Shown here one piece after another: positions 9,211 to 19,399 of a stretch of 64,000 bases of DNA. Location: the NCBI GenBank assembly GCA_033763255.1, contig JANRKX010000046.1:166471-230470 (forward strand), given 5' to 3'. This stretch comes from Acidobacteriota bacterium (GTDB lineage: Bacteria; Acidobacteriota; Blastocatellia; RBC074). Every line of letters starts with the position of its first letter. The stretch's first letter is position 1. The position numbers and the translations under genes are program-made. The notes beneath the pieces were generated by a model. It saw only the letters and a list, made by a program, of their open reading frames with translations, ran no database searches and was not told the origin of the DNA.

Positions 9211-11847
9211 TCAAAACGGCGGTTCTTCGCGCATCTGATCCAGGCGTTCGACAAAATCCGATTTGACCAAAACTTGACGCGGCTTGGTTCCGTCTTCGGG
9301 ACCGACAACGCCTTCGCGCTCCATCGCGTCAATGATCGAAGCCGCCCGGCCATAACCGATTCGCAAATGCCGTTGCAGCAAAGAAGTCGAAGCTTTCTGG
9401 CTTTTGACCACGATTCGCACAGCGTCGTCATATTTTTCGTCTTTGGGGAAATCGCCGCCGTCTCCGCCGCCAGCTTCTTTTTCGCTCAAGACAACGCTTT
9501 CGTTGTAAGCCGGATTGGCTTGGGAGCGAATGAAATCGCAAATGCGTTTGCATTCTTTTTCGTCCACATAAGCGCCGTGAACGCGCACCAGCCGCGAAGT
9601 CCCAGGCCCCAGAAACAGCATATCGCCCTGTCCCAGCAAACCTTCGGCTCCGTTGGTGTCAATGATCGTGCGCGAATCCACTTTGGACGACACGCGGAAC
9701 GAGATGCGCGACGGGAAGTTGGCCTTAATCAGTCCGGTGATGACATCCACCGAAGGCCGCTGCGTCGCCAGCACCAGATGAATTCCCACCGCGCGAGCCA
9801 TCTGCGCCAATCGCGTAATGCTTTCTTCGACTTCACGCGCGGCCACCATCATCAGGTCGGCCAGTTCGTCAATGATGATGACGATGAACGGCAACGGTTG
9901 AGGCATTTCCTCTTCGTCACCTTTCGGCTTCATGTTTGAAACTTCCTGGTTGTACTGTTCGATGTTGCGGACACTGAATTGAGCCAGATGTTTGTACCGG
10001 TTTTCCATCTCGGTTACAGCCCATTTCAGCGCGTACCCGGCGCGTTTCGGGTCGGTGACAATCGGCGTCAGCAAATGCGGCAAATCGGCATAAAGCCCCA
10101 GTTCCAATCGTTTCGGGTCAACCAGAATCAGCTTCACTTCGTCCGGCGTAGCCTTGTAAAGCAGCGACAGCAAGATCGAATTCAACGCAACGGATTTACC
10201 AGCGCCGGTCGCGCCCGCAATCAGCAGGTGAGGCATCTTGGCCAGATCGGCAGAATAATTTGCGCCGTCAATGGTTTTGCCCAGCGCCAATGAAAGCTTC
10301 GATTCCGAATCGCGGAATTTTTTCGATTCGATGACTTCGCGCAACCGAATGACTTCGCGTTTATCGTTGGGGACTTCGATGCCTACTGTGGATTTGCCCG
10401 GAATGCGATCAATGCGAATGGATTCGGCTTTCAAGCCAAGACACAAATCATCCACCAGACTGGTGATGCGGCTGTATTTGACGCCGGGATCGGGTTTGAA
10501 TTCAAAGGTCGTGACAACCGGGCCGGGACTGATTTGTTTTACCTGTCCTGACACATTGAATTCCTGACATTTTTCGGCCAATTGCCGGGCGCGTTCCAAC
10601 AAATCGGTTTCAGCCATTTCTGGACGCGCCGCCGGAGCCGTCAACATATCTGTCGTCGGCAATTTGTAATCCGCCATCATGCGAGCGATTTTGGTCACCG
10701 CTTCGCCGAGTTTGGACGTAGGTTTGACCGACGATTTGTCTTCGGATTCATTGGCGCGTTTGACTGAAGCCGTCGAAACCATGTCCTCCACAGTGCGAAC
10801 GGCTCCAGGAGCCAGATCGTCAAATTCGTCTGTCGAATCTTCATTGTCGAACTCATCGTCCAATTCTGATTTTGCCGAACGCCGAGTCGTTCCGTTGCCG
10901 GTGCTTGTTTTCAAACTGGCGGTTGCCCGTCGTGACGAACGAAGCGAACCCGAAGCGGCTTGAGTTTCTTCGTCAAACCCCGTGCTGCCTTCGATTTCAA
11001 CTGAACCGTAACCAGTGATTTCATCGTTTTGCTCCACAGGCAATCCGGTTCTTTGTCGGCGATTGGGGCTGGGAGGTTTTCGCCCAGGTTTGGTCGTGGG
11101 TTCTTCGTTTCCGTTGGTCACGATCACCGGAGCAGCCAACGGGCCTGTTGGCAACTTTCCGGTGTTGGTGGTGCGCTGAATTGCGCTTTCGCTGACTTTG
11201 TCTTTGTGAAAGCGTTCGGTCTTTTCAACATACCGTTCTCGCCATTTTCCCTGCACCCATTGAATCAGAGCCTTCGGCAAACCTTCGTCGGGATATTCGT
11301 TGGACAAAGTGTTCAACAACGCAGTCACCGACAGCGGAGTCGCCAGCAGCAATCCGGTAATCAACAACAGCACCAGCGCAACAAAAGCTCCGCCGATGCC
11401 GATGTACCGCGAAATGCCAATCGTCGAATCCTTTACCAGCCAGTAGCCAATAAATCCGCCCAGCCGAAACGAATTCGGCTCCCAGGGAATCAAGGTCAAA
11501 AATCCGGTCAACGCGATAATTAACAAAAAGACACCCACCAGTTCAGCTTTGCTGGTGTCTTTGCGAATGTCTTTCCACTGCCACCATCCCATCACAAACA
11601 GCACGCCGGGCAGCAACCAGCCCGCGATGCCGAGCGCCTGATAGATGAAACTGGCGATGTTGGCTCCAATCGGCCCGGCCAGATTTTTGGCGCGCCGGTA
11701 CGCACCTGTCGAAGTCCACGACGGATCGTCCGCGTGATAACTGATCAGCGCCAACACAAAGACGAATCCGGTGGAAATCAGGATCAAGCCCATCACTTCA
11801 TTCCACGGGCTGTTTCTGGGAGGTTTTTCTGGGGTCTGAACTTCCAT
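9211..11847 (-). CDS. ftsK: DNA translocase FtsK/SpoIIIE
   Basis: N-terminal TMs, PHLLIAGATGAGKS Walker A, IIIDELADLMM, ATQRPSVDVITG, gamma domain STSLLQRHLRIGYGRAA. Confidence 0.97.
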   Translation of the reverse strand: MEVQTPEKPPRNSPWNEVMGLILISTGFVFVLALISYHADDPSWTSTGAYRRAKNLAGPIGANIASFIYQALGIAGWLLPGVLFVMGWWQWKDIRKDTSKAELVGVFLLIIALTGFLTLIPWEPNSFRLGGFIGYWLVKDSTIGISRYIGIGGAFVALVLLLITGLLLATPLSVTALLNTLSNEYPDEGLPKALIQWVQGKWRERYVEKTERFHKDKVSESAIQRTTNTGKLPTGPLAAPVIVTNGNEEPTTKPGRKPPSPNRRQRTGLPVEQNDEITGYGSVEIEGSTGFDEETQAASGSLRSSRRATASLKTSTGNGTTRRSAKSELDDEFDNEDSTDEFDDLAPGAVRTVEDMVSTASVKRANESEDKSSVKPTSKLGEAVTKIARMMADYKLPTTDMLTAPAARPEMAETDLLERARQLAEKCQEFNVSGQVKQISPGPVVTTFEFKPDPGVKYSRITSLVDDLCLGLKAESIRIDRIPGKSTVGIEVPNDKREVIRLREVIESKKFRDSESKLSLALGKTIDGANYSADLAKMPHLLIAGATGAGKSVALNSILLSLLYKATPDEVKLILVDPKRLELGLYADLPHLLTPIVTDPKRAGYALKWAVTEMENRYKHLAQFSVRNIEQYNQEVSNMKPKGDEEEMPQPLPFIVIIIDELADLMMVAAREVEESITRLAQMARAVGIHLVLATQRPSVDVITGLIKANFPSRISFRVSSKVDSRTIIDTNGAEGLLGQGDMLFLGPGTSRLVRVHGAYVDEKECKRICDFIRSQANPAYNESVVLSEKEAGGGDGGDFPKDEKYDDAVRIVVKSQKASTSLLQRHLRIGYGRAASIIDAMEREGVVGPEDGTKPRQVLVKSDFVERLDQMREEPPF

Positions 11848-11854
11848 AATTTTT

Positions 11855-11928
11855 GGGAGTAGTCGGGAATCGGTAGTCGGTAGTCGGTAGCTAATTTCCG
11901 ACTCCCGACTACTGACTACCGTCTACTC
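11855..11928. repeat. Inverted array of heptamer tandem repeats (GTAGTCG / CGACTAC)
   Basis: gtagtcgggaatcggtagtcggtagtcggtag ... ccgactcccgactactgactacc; overlaps the prfB stop codon. Confidence 0.7.
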
Positions 11929-13028
11929 GCTTCGATAACAAATACTCTTTGATGAAATCGTCCAGGTCTCCGGCCAATACGGCATCAACGTTGCTGGTTT
12001 CATGCTTGGTGCGAACGTCTTTGACCAACCGATACGGATGCAACACGTAATTCCGAATCTGCGAACCGAAAGAAATATCGCGTTTGGTTGCGGCCAGCTT
12101 GTTGGTTTCGGCCTGTTTCTTTTCCAGTTCCAATTCGAACAGGCGCGATTTCAACACCTTCATGGCCACGTCGCGGTTTTGATGTTGCGAGCGTTGGTTT
12201 TGGCAAGTCACCACAATGTTCGTCGGCAAGTGCGTGATGCGTACCGCCGAATCGGTAGTGTTGATGTGCTGGCCACCGGCTCCGGTCGAACGGTAAGTAT
12301 CCACGCGAAGGTCTTTGTCCAGAATTTCGATTTCGATGTTGTCGTCAATTTCCGGCGTCACAAAGACCGAAGCGAAACTGGTTTCGCGGCTCTGCCCGGC
12401 GTTGAACGGCGACATGCGAACCAGCCTGTGAACGCCGACTTCGCCGGCCAGCAAACCATAAGCGTAATCGCCTTCGATGCGATAGCTGGCCGATTTGATC
12501 CCTGCTTCTTCGCCGGGTTGCAGATCAATTTCTTCGGCTTTGAAGCCGCGTTTTTGTGCCCAGCGCAGATACATCCGCAACAGCATTTCGGCAAAATCCT
12601 GCGCGTCGGTTCCGCCCGCGCCGGAGTTGATCGAAAGAAAAGCGTTGTTGGCGTCATTCTGTCCGCCCAGCAACATTTGCGTTTCGCTTTCTTCGACATC
12701 GTTGGCTAATTTGCTGATGGCTTCGCGCAATTCGTTGGCCGACGCTTCGTCTTCGGCGGCGAAATCGAACAGCACGGCAATGTCATCCACGGCGCGTTGC
12801 TGATTTTCGGCAGTGTTGATGGCGCGTTCCAGCCGCGAACGCTGTTGCAAAACTTTTTGAGCTTTTTCCTGATCGTTCCAAAAATCCGGCTCTGAGGCTT
12901 GTTTTTCCAGAGCGGTTAATTCCTGGCGTTTGGCTTCAACGTCAAAGAAACCTCCGAAGCTCGGCGACTCGTGGTTTCAGGTCGTCATATTTTCCGCGCA
13001 AATCCTGCAGCGCAATTGCGTCCAGCAT
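11909..13028 (-). CDS. prfB: Peptide chain release factor 2, with programmed +1 frameshift
   Basis: SPF and GGQ motifs. Upstream 28-codon ORF MLDAIALQDLRGKYDDLKPRVAELRRFL ends in CTT TGA C (12947-12941), preceded by an internal GGAGG; the +1 frame continues DVEAKRQEL...PDFWNDQEKAQ. Confidence 0.97.
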
Positions 13029-13113
13029 TTCGTTTTTTGCTCCTTAAATTTGTTGGTTTGAGTCGCGCAGCTTACCACAAAGTTTAGCCACAACACGCCG
13101 ATGGATTGAAGAG

Positions 13114-13551
13114 TTAAGCCGCCAGTTGATGGAATTGAGGTTCGATCTGAGCCAAAACTTCTTTCGCGTCTGACAACGGAATGTTGAAGATTTGGCGTAA
13201 AGCCATGATTCCTTCCAAACGACTAAACCCGTCTTTCCGTACAGCAGAATAAACTTCCTGTGGGGTCGCGCCTGTCCCTTTCATGACCTCGTATTTGCTG
13301 AACCAGTCAGGGTTCGGTTCAAAGCAAACTCTTTCGCCTGGTTCTCTGGTCGCATCTGATAGTTTTTGCTTTAGCAACTGATACTCCTGCTTCAATGCGA
13401 GAATTTCCGAAGCCATTTGCTGATGAAAGGACATTGCTTGAGCAACCTGCCCAACAAGTTCAGGCGAGCTGTTTACTGCCTCAGATTCCTGAATTTGTTT
13501 CAGTAACTTTCCCAAACTTTCATAACTAACTGTCAGCATAGTGTCATGCAT
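13114..13551 (-). CDS. Hypothetical protein (coiled coil plus small C-terminal helical domain); possible partner or immunity protein of the upstream gene
   Basis: ATG 13551 with AGGGAG upstream (alternative TTG 13587 overlaps the upstream stop); AT-richer than flanks. Confidence 0.65.
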   Translation of the reverse strand: MHDTMLTVSYESLGKLLKQIQESEAVNSSPELVGQVAQAMSFHQQMASEILALKQEYQLLKQKLSDATREPGERVCFEPNPDWFSKYEVMKGTGATPQEVYSAVRKDGFSRLEGIMALRQIFNIPLSDAKEVLAQIEPQFHQLAA

Positions 13552-13583
13552 AGACTCTCTCCCTTCTGCGAATTCACGTTGGC

Positions 13584-14024
13584 TCAATGATTGAATTTCT
13601 CAAAAGCCGATTCGTACATTCTCAAGTATCTAACGGCGATTCGCTCAACATAATCTTCTTCAGTTGCAATTTGCGGATCAGTCACAAAGTTTAACGCGCG
13701 TTGACTACCTTCTCTCGCCTTTCGTATCAACCGCAGATGCATTTCTTCGTGAACCAGAGTTTTGAACAATTCGGAATCCCGAACGAGCGCCGCTTCTCCA
13801 ATTTTGATGGCTTCACGGCCAGGAGAAATTACCGCGCTGCCGGATGCTGACAAAAACGAGTCGAATTTAATCGGTGCGGAAAATCTCAATCGTCCATTTA
13901 GCGAGGCGACGAACCGAGTAACGAAAGCCTGCGGTTGCTGAAATCGCTCGGCGTACCCCAACGCTTCTTCGAACGTCTCGAACGTTGGCGGTGAGATTTC
14001 AACATCACGCAACACCTTCACCAT
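13584..14024 (-). CDS. Hypothetical HExxH zincin-like metallopeptidase
   Basis: TLVHEEMHLRL plus downstream EEDYVE; ATG 14024 with GGAG upstream. Confidence 0.65.
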   Translation of the reverse strand: MVKVLRDVEISPPTFETFEEALGYAERFQQPQAFVTRFVASLNGRLRFSAPIKFDSFLSASGSAVISPGREAIKIGEAALVRDSELFKTLVHEEMHLRLIRKAREGSQRALNFVTDPQIATEEDYVERIAVRYLRMYESAFEKFNH

Positions 14025-14050
14025 GTTTCTTCTCCGTTTTGTTGACCAAT

Positions 14051-15649
14051 TCAATAAGCGGCTTCGGTGTATTCGCCAAACACCGCGCGCATTGTATCCG
14101 CAATTTCGCCCAGCGTCGCGTAAGCTTCGACGGCGGCGATGATCGTAGGCATGAGGTTTTCGCCGGAACGCGCGGCGGCTTCCACGTTGCCCAATGCAGC
14201 CAAAGCCGCCGCTGCATTTCGTTCGGTGCGAACCTTTCGCACGCGCTCGACCTGAGCCAGTTCAAACGCCGGATCAATTTTCAGCGTCGGAATCGAAGTG
14301 GCTTCCTTGATCTGGAATCGGTTCACGCCGACGACGATTTCTTCCTGCGCCTCGACGGCTTTTTGGTAGTCATACGCTGCTCGCTCGATTTCGCGCTGAA
14401 CATAGCCGGCTTCGATGGCCGAAAGCATTCCGCCCATCTCGTCAATCTTGGCGATGTACTCAAACGCTCGGCGTTCGATTTCGTTGGTCAGATGTTCAAT
14501 CGCGTAAGAACCGGCGAGCGGGTCAGCCGTGTCGGCAACGCCCGATTCGTAAGCGATGACTTGCTGAGTTCTGAGAGCAATGCGCGCGGCGTCGGCGGTC
14601 GGCAAACCCAGAGCTTCGTCCATCGAATTGGTGTGCAGCGATTGAGTTCCGCCCAGCACAGCGGCCAACGCCTGAATCGTCGTGCGAACGATGTTCACTT
14701 CGGGTTGTTGAGCGGTCAGCGTCGAACCGGCGGTTTGCGTGTGAAAACGCAGCATCTGCGATTTCGGATCACGCGCGCCGAAGCGGTCTTTCATGATCTT
14801 CGCCCACATTCGCCGAGCCGCGCGGTACTTGGCGACTTCTTCCAGAAAGTTGTTGTGGCTGTTGAAAAAGAACGCCAGGCGCGGCGCGAAGTAATCCACA
14901 GCCAGCCCGGCGTCAATCGCCGCTTGAACATACGCAATGCCGTCGGCCAGAGTGAAAGCGACTTCCTGCGCGGCGGTCGAACCGGCTTCGCGTATGTGGT
15001 AACCGCTGATCGAAATCGTGTTCCAGTTGGGAACCTCTTTTGCGCAATAAGCAAAAATATCCGTGATGATACGCAGCGAAGCGCGCGGCGGATAAATGTA
15101 AGTTCCACGCGCGATGTATTCTTTCAGAATGTCGTTTTGAATCGTGCCGTTGAGCTTGTCCGGCGTGACGCCCTGTTTTTTGGCGACGGCAATGTACAAA
15201 GCCAGCAAGATCGAAGCCGTCGCGTTGATCGTCATCGAAGTCGAAACTTTGTCCAGCGGAATGCCATCGAACAAAACTTCCATATCGGCAAGCGAATCAA
15301 TCGGAACGCCCACGCGACCGACTTCGCCCTGAGCCAATTGGTGATCGCTGTCGTAACCAATTTGGGTCGGCAGGTCGAAAGCGACAGACAAACCTGTAGT
15401 GCCCTGTTCCAGCAAGTATTTGTAACGGCGATTGGATTCTTCAGCCGTGGCGAATCCGGCGTACTGCCGCATCGTCCACATTCGCCCGCGATACATCGAA
15501 CCGTACACGCCGCGCGTGAATGGAAACTTGCCCGGTTCGGACAGGGCGGCAGCGCCAACGTCTTGCGGCGTGAAGTGGTTTTTCATCTCGATGCCGGATG
15601 AAGTGGCGAAAATTTCTTTGCGCTCTTTGGCTTTTTTTTCAGACGACAT
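14051..15649 (-). CDS. Methylmalonyl-CoA mutase family, substrate-binding (large) subunit
   Basis: [61 protein letters not shown]; lacks the B12-binding domain. Confidence 0.95.
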   Translation of the reverse strand: MSSEKKAKERKEIFATSSGIEMKNHFTPQDVGAAALSEPGKFPFTRGVYGSMYRGRMWTMRQYAGFATAEESNRRYKYLLEQGTTGLSVAFDLPTQIGYDSDHQLAQGEVGRVGVPIDSLADMEVLFDGIPLDKVSTSMTINATASILLALYIAVAKKQGVTPDKLNGTIQNDILKEYIARGTYIYPPRASLRIITDIFAYCAKEVPNWNTISISGYHIREAGSTAAQEVAFTLADGIAYVQAAIDAGLAVDYFAPRLAFFFNSHNNFLEEVAKYRAARRMWAKIMKDRFGARDPKSQMLRFHTQTAGSTLTAQQPEVNIVRTTIQALAAVLGGTQSLHTNSMDEALGLPTADAARIALRTQQVIAYESGVADTADPLAGSYAIEHLTNEIERRAFEYIAKIDEMGGMLSAIEAGYVQREIERAAYDYQKAVEAQEEIVVGVNRFQIKEATSIPTLKIDPAFELAQVERVRKVRTERNAAAALAALGNVEAAARSGENLMPTIIAAVEAYATLGEIADTMRAVFGEYTEAAY

Positions 15650-15739
15650 AGAAAAAATGTAGGGTTGGTAAAAGAAGACAGCGGCAAATGGCGCAGGCCA
15701 CATACCGCTGTCGGTTTTCGCCAGCCAGCTTGCTGCGCG

Positions 15740-18043
15740 CTAGCGGATTCTGACGGTGACTTTGTTAGTCGTTTTGCCGTTGATCGAAACGACCACGTCA
15801 ACCAGCCCGGTAATGCCCGCCGGGATTTGCGTGTTGATTTGATCGAGTCCGGCAAAACCGCCTTGCGAGCCGATGTATTGCACAGGGGCTTCGCGCCCGC
15901 CGATGGTAATTCGCACCGTCACCGGAGCCGCTTTTTTCATGCCTGTGCCGAACAGCACCAGATAATCGCCGACATCCAACAGGTTTGATGTGCCGTCCGC
16001 ATTGCCGACCGAGTTGTAATTGACGCCGTCTTTCGTCACGACAGCCGCCGGAGCGCCAGTTCCAGAAGCGTTCGACGTGAACAAGCTGGCCGCGACGGTG
16101 GAAAGCTTCAACGTGCCGCGCGAAACCGCACCGCTGCCGGAGGTGATTTCAATCACGGCGTCACCGGGTGAAGCCGACGCCGGAATCAGGAAGTTCACTT
16201 GCGAAGGCGCGACGAAAAACAGCGGAGCCAATTCGCCGTTGACGCGGACTCTGGTGCCGGCCAGTTCCGTCGGCAACGGAACCGTGTTGGCGACGACGGT
16301 TGCGGTCGCCAGATTGGTTCCAAACACGGCGGAGATGGCTTCAGGAGCCAGCGCGTCAGCAGAAAAGTTCGCGGCAGAAACCACCGATGCTGCCAGCGCC
16401 GTTCCGCTGCGAGTGAATTTCACCGGCGACGAACGCACCCCGTCAGGATTGATGACGGTCACGTCAACTGCCTGTCCCGGCGGCGCGTAAACTTTCCACA
16501 TTTCGGATGAAAAGACTTTGGTCGAAAGCGTCGCCGCTTCATCAAGGGAATCTCGAATGCTGCGTCCGTTGATTTCGATGTCGGCGGCGGTTTGAAATCC
16601 TGACCCGGTCGCGGTCAGCACGCCGCCAGCGTCCACTTCCACGCCGGAAAGTTGCGGCGTCGAAGGCGTCACCGAAAACAGGTCGAGCGTGAAAGCAATA
16701 AAGGCCAGCGCCATTTCGTCTGTGGTTTCTTCGCCCCAGCGAACGACTTTCGGCGGGGTGTTCGGATTGAACGGATTGTCTGTGGAATTGTCGAACGTGC
16801 AGGTCAATTTTATGCGCGAACCGCCGGGAGCAATGACCGGCGATTGATACAAATACGCGCCTTGCCAATTGAAATCCCAAGCCGGAACGTTGATCAAACA
16901 TTGCGTCGCTTCGCCCGGACGAGTGATTTCCACTTTGATGTTTTTGCCCAGCAAATGCATGTGCGGGGTCACGCCAACAACTTTCCCCGCCATCAACGCG
17001 GGCACATCGAAGTTCTGCGTGACGACGTGTTCTTTGGCTCCGGCGGGAATGGCGAACGAAGTGTTGACCAACGGCAGCAGCAGCAGGTTTTTCTGGACGG
17101 GTTTTTTGGCGAAGTAAAAACCGACAGCAGTTCGGTCAGTTTCCGGTTCGCCGGTTGGGTGGTAGTGCATCTGAATGACTACGCGGTCGTTGGGGCCGCC
17201 GGGCATTTTCGTGCCCGCGCCTTCGGGAGAGAAGTAGCCGCGAATGCCGGGCGCCCAGCCGCCGAGCATAAACGACCGACCCGCGATGACATCATTCACC
17301 GAAGTCGAAATGTCGAATCCGGGGCCTCCGAAACAGGTGTAACCGGGGCCAGGTTCCGCCGCATCCAGCGCGACAGACTTTCCGCCCGGATCGGGATAAG
17401 CAATCACGTGATGCACGATTTTGCGATTGCCCGGACGCACATCCAGACCTTGAACATAGCGATCTCCGCGCAAGGCCGACGCCGGAATGCTGAAACAGCG
17501 ATAAGTGTCTTTGCCTTGAGGCGGTGTGTAATCCGCGCCGATGTCGGCAACGTAATCCGGTTCGCCCAGCGGCCAACCGTCAGGAAACGCGACCGGCGCA
17601 GGAGCATCGGACAACGCGCCTTCGGGCGAGCCGCCATCCACCCAGGCGACGATGGTGTTGATTTCCTCCTGCGACAATCCGCGCGCATCTTTCAAATCAA
17701 CGCATCCGGCAGCCGGTTTCCACGGAGGCATTCGTTTCGACAAAACGGCTTCGCGGATGGCTTTCGCCCACGGACGAGTTTCCGCATAACTCATCATCGA
17801 AAACGGCCCGATGTCTCCTGCGCGGTGACAGGTCTGGCAATTTTTCTGGAAGATGCGAACGACTTCTTTGTTGAAGGTCGGCGTCGGTTGAGCGCGCTTG
17901 GCCGTTTTCGTCGAAGCAGTGTCGGTTGAATCGTTCAAACCTGTGGTTGCGGCTTCGGTCGGTTGCCAGTGATACAGCGTCACGCTGGCGACGAACAGCG
18001 CCACAGCGAAGACCAACGAAGTGCGTTTGGCAATTTGCTTCAT
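15740..18043 (-). CDS. Secreted cytochrome c / copper type II (PHM/DBH-like) monooxygenase with TIGR03437-like C-terminal domain
   Basis: Signal peptide; CQTCH; HH, HYH, HMH and DEM copper ligands; C-terminal [15 protein letters not shown]...[13 protein letters not shown]...[10 protein letters not shown]. Confidence 0.85.
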   Translation of the reverse strand: MKQIAKRTSLVFAVALFVASVTLYHWQPTEAATTGLNDSTDTASTKTAKRAQPTPTFNKEVVRIFQKNCQTCHRAGDIGPFSMMSYAETRPWAKAIREAVLSKRMPPWKPAAGCVDLKDARGLSQEEINTIVAWVDGGSPEGALSDAPAPVAFPDGWPLGEPDYVADIGADYTPPQGKDTYRCFSIPASALRGDRYVQGLDVRPGNRKIVHHVIAYPDPGGKSVALDAAEPGPGYTCFGGPGFDISTSVNDVIAGRSFMLGGWAPGIRGYFSPEGAGTKMPGGPNDRVVIQMHYHPTGEPETDRTAVGFYFAKKPVQKNLLLLPLVNTSFAIPAGAKEHVVTQNFDVPALMAGKVVGVTPHMHLLGKNIKVEITRPGEATQCLINVPAWDFNWQGAYLYQSPVIAPGGSRIKLTCTFDNSTDNPFNPNTPPKVVRWGEETTDEMALAFIAFTLDLFSVTPSTPQLSGVEVDAGGVLTATGSGFQTAADIEINGRSIRDSLDEAATLSTKVFSSEMWKVYAPPGQAVDVTVINPDGVRSSPVKFTRSGTALAASVVSAANFSADALAPEAISAVFGTNLATATVVANTVPLPTELAGTRVRVNGELAPLFFVAPSQVNFLIPASASPGDAVIEITSGSGAVSRGTLKLSTVAASLFTSNASGTGAPAAVVTKDGVNYNSVGNADGTSNLLDVGDYLVLFGTGMKKAAPVTVRITIGGREAPVQYIGSQGGFAGLDQINTQIPAGITGLVDVVVSINGKTTNKVTVRIR

Positions 18044-18114
18044 GATGCAGATTCCTCTGGGTTGAATGTAGTTCGCGCCTGATTGTCAGGAGGTGCGCGG
18101 CGGATTGTACACGT

Positions 18115-18214
18115 GGGTTCGCATCGCTTCCAGCGTGCGAAGGCTTGGCCATTCGTCTTTTTCTTTTCAATGCATGAACTGCCGAAGCTCGCACGCTGGA
18201 AGCGATGCGAACCC
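18115..18214. repeat. REP-like inverted repeat (26-bp perfect arms)
   Basis: gggttcgcatcgcttccagcgtgcga (18115-18140) / tcgcacgctggaagcgatgcgaaccc (18189-18214). Confidence 0.85.
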
Positions 18215-18218
18215 GGAG

Positions 18219-18698
18219 TTATTCGTCGTCGGATTCGTCCACGCCGAAATAGCGCAACCATTCGTCGGTTTCTTCTTCGGCGACGATGCGGTCATTGCCG
18301 CTGGCGGTTTCGACTGCGTCTTCCATCATCTGGCGAAATTCGCCGGAACGCATGACTTTGACGCCGCAGACTCGTACGCGCGAAGTCAGCTTGCCGTCCG
18401 AAGTCACCACCGTCAGATTTTTCTTGTTGCGTTCGGCTTCGGCCAGTTCGACGATGCGCGTGTCGGCGTCGGAATTTTGTCGCGCGTAAAACACTTTCAC
18501 GCTGCGAAAGCTGGAACCATCGGGGAACGTTCCATCCGGCGCACCGTCAAACACGACCGTCAACCGCAGCTTTTTCACGCGCGCCAGCCGCGCCAAGTCT
18601 TCCAGCAGTTGCCGCCGAGCCGCCGGTTTATCGTTGAACCAACTCTCGTAGCCTTTGCCGCGCTGACCGATCACATTGTTGCCATCAATCAAATACAC
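18219..18698 (-). CDS. YacP-like NYN-domain (PIN-fold) nuclease
   Basis: YLIDGNNV, VVFDG, ADTRI, VVTSD acidic motifs. Confidence 0.88.
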   Translation of the reverse strand: MYLIDGNNVIGQRGKGYESWFNDKPAARRQLLEDLARLARVKKLRLTVVFDGAPDGTFPDGSSFRSVKVFYARQNSDADTRIVELAEAERNKKNLTVVTSDGKLTSRVRVCGVKVMRSGEFRQMMEDAVETASGNDRIVAEEETDEWLRYFGVDESDDE

Positions 18699-18713
18699 AT
18701 TACTGTGAGGAGG

Positions 18714-19130
18714 TTAGAGTTTTGTGCGGATTTCAATTTCTTTGCGCGAGCGATGGAGACAAACATCAAATTCGTCAAAGAAGTTGATTTGCCCGAAGAT
18801 GGGCTGAACGGAATCGTTCTGTGTCCAGGCAAAAACCAACTCTACAGCAGGAAGCCGTCCAACTTGTGCGTGAACAACAAACGGCATTGCAGGTGATGCT
18901 GCCAAATTACCGGTTAATCTGAGTTTGGCTTTTTCTCGTTTCCAAACTCCACCCAAAGCGAGGCCAAGGCTAAAAGGCAAAACGTTTATCGCTGAGCCTG
19001 AGTCCAGCAAGCCGAGAACTTCCAACTCGTGTTGATCAGCGATTAACCTGACGGGTAATAACGGCATGAGAATTTCTGTTCCGAAGTTGGACGGAACGCC
19101 TTTGAAATCAAATCGCTCGACTGATTGCAT
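18714..19130 (-). CDS. Retropepsin-like (clan AA) aspartic protease
   Basis: GLLDSGSAINVLP catalytic motif and PIFGQINFF C-terminal motif. Confidence 0.8.
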   Translation of the reverse strand: MQSVERFDFKGVPSNFGTEILMPLLPVRLIADQHELEVLGLLDSGSAINVLPFSLGLALGGVWKREKAKLRLTGNLAASPAMPFVVHAQVGRLPAVELVFAWTQNDSVQPIFGQINFFDEFDVCLHRSRKEIEIRTKL

Positions 19131-19335
19131 TCTCTCGCCTCGTTTCTTCCAAAAACGCCATCATTTCCTCTGCCGCGTCATACGATTCCAGCGGCGTCCA
19201 AACAGGGTAATCTCCCGGCAGCAAATGCAATTTTTCTTCTTCTCCCGCCAGATCAGAAACAAGAACTTGCATCAAGCGCCATTTGTCGGCACGGTTCAGT
19301 CCTTTCAGCGTCGGTATAAGCTGCTCAACAATCAT
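19108..19335 (-). CDS. Small acidic hypothetical protein overlapping the protease gene (antitoxin-like)
   Basis: ATG 19335 with GGAGG RBS; MIVEQLIPTLKGLNRADKWRLMQVLV...YPVWTPLESYDAAEEM; 23-bp overlap with the next gene. Confidence 0.7.
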   Translation of the reverse strand: MIVEQLIPTLKGLNRADKWRLMQVLVSDLAGEEEKLHLLPGDYPVWTPLESYDAAEEMMAFLEETRRENAISRAI

Positions 19336-19399
19336 CGTATTGCCTCCTTTAAGCTTGTTTGCCTTGAACGCGACAAATCTTAACACAGCCGATCAGCCG

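Noticed and set aside
11909-12850. Apparently truncated prfB
   Set aside because: Explained by the programmed frameshift; the gene is intact.
13985-15601. 538-aa plus-strand ORF
   Set aside because: Antisense shadow of the mutase gene; no motifs. Long shadow frames are expected with GC-biased codons.
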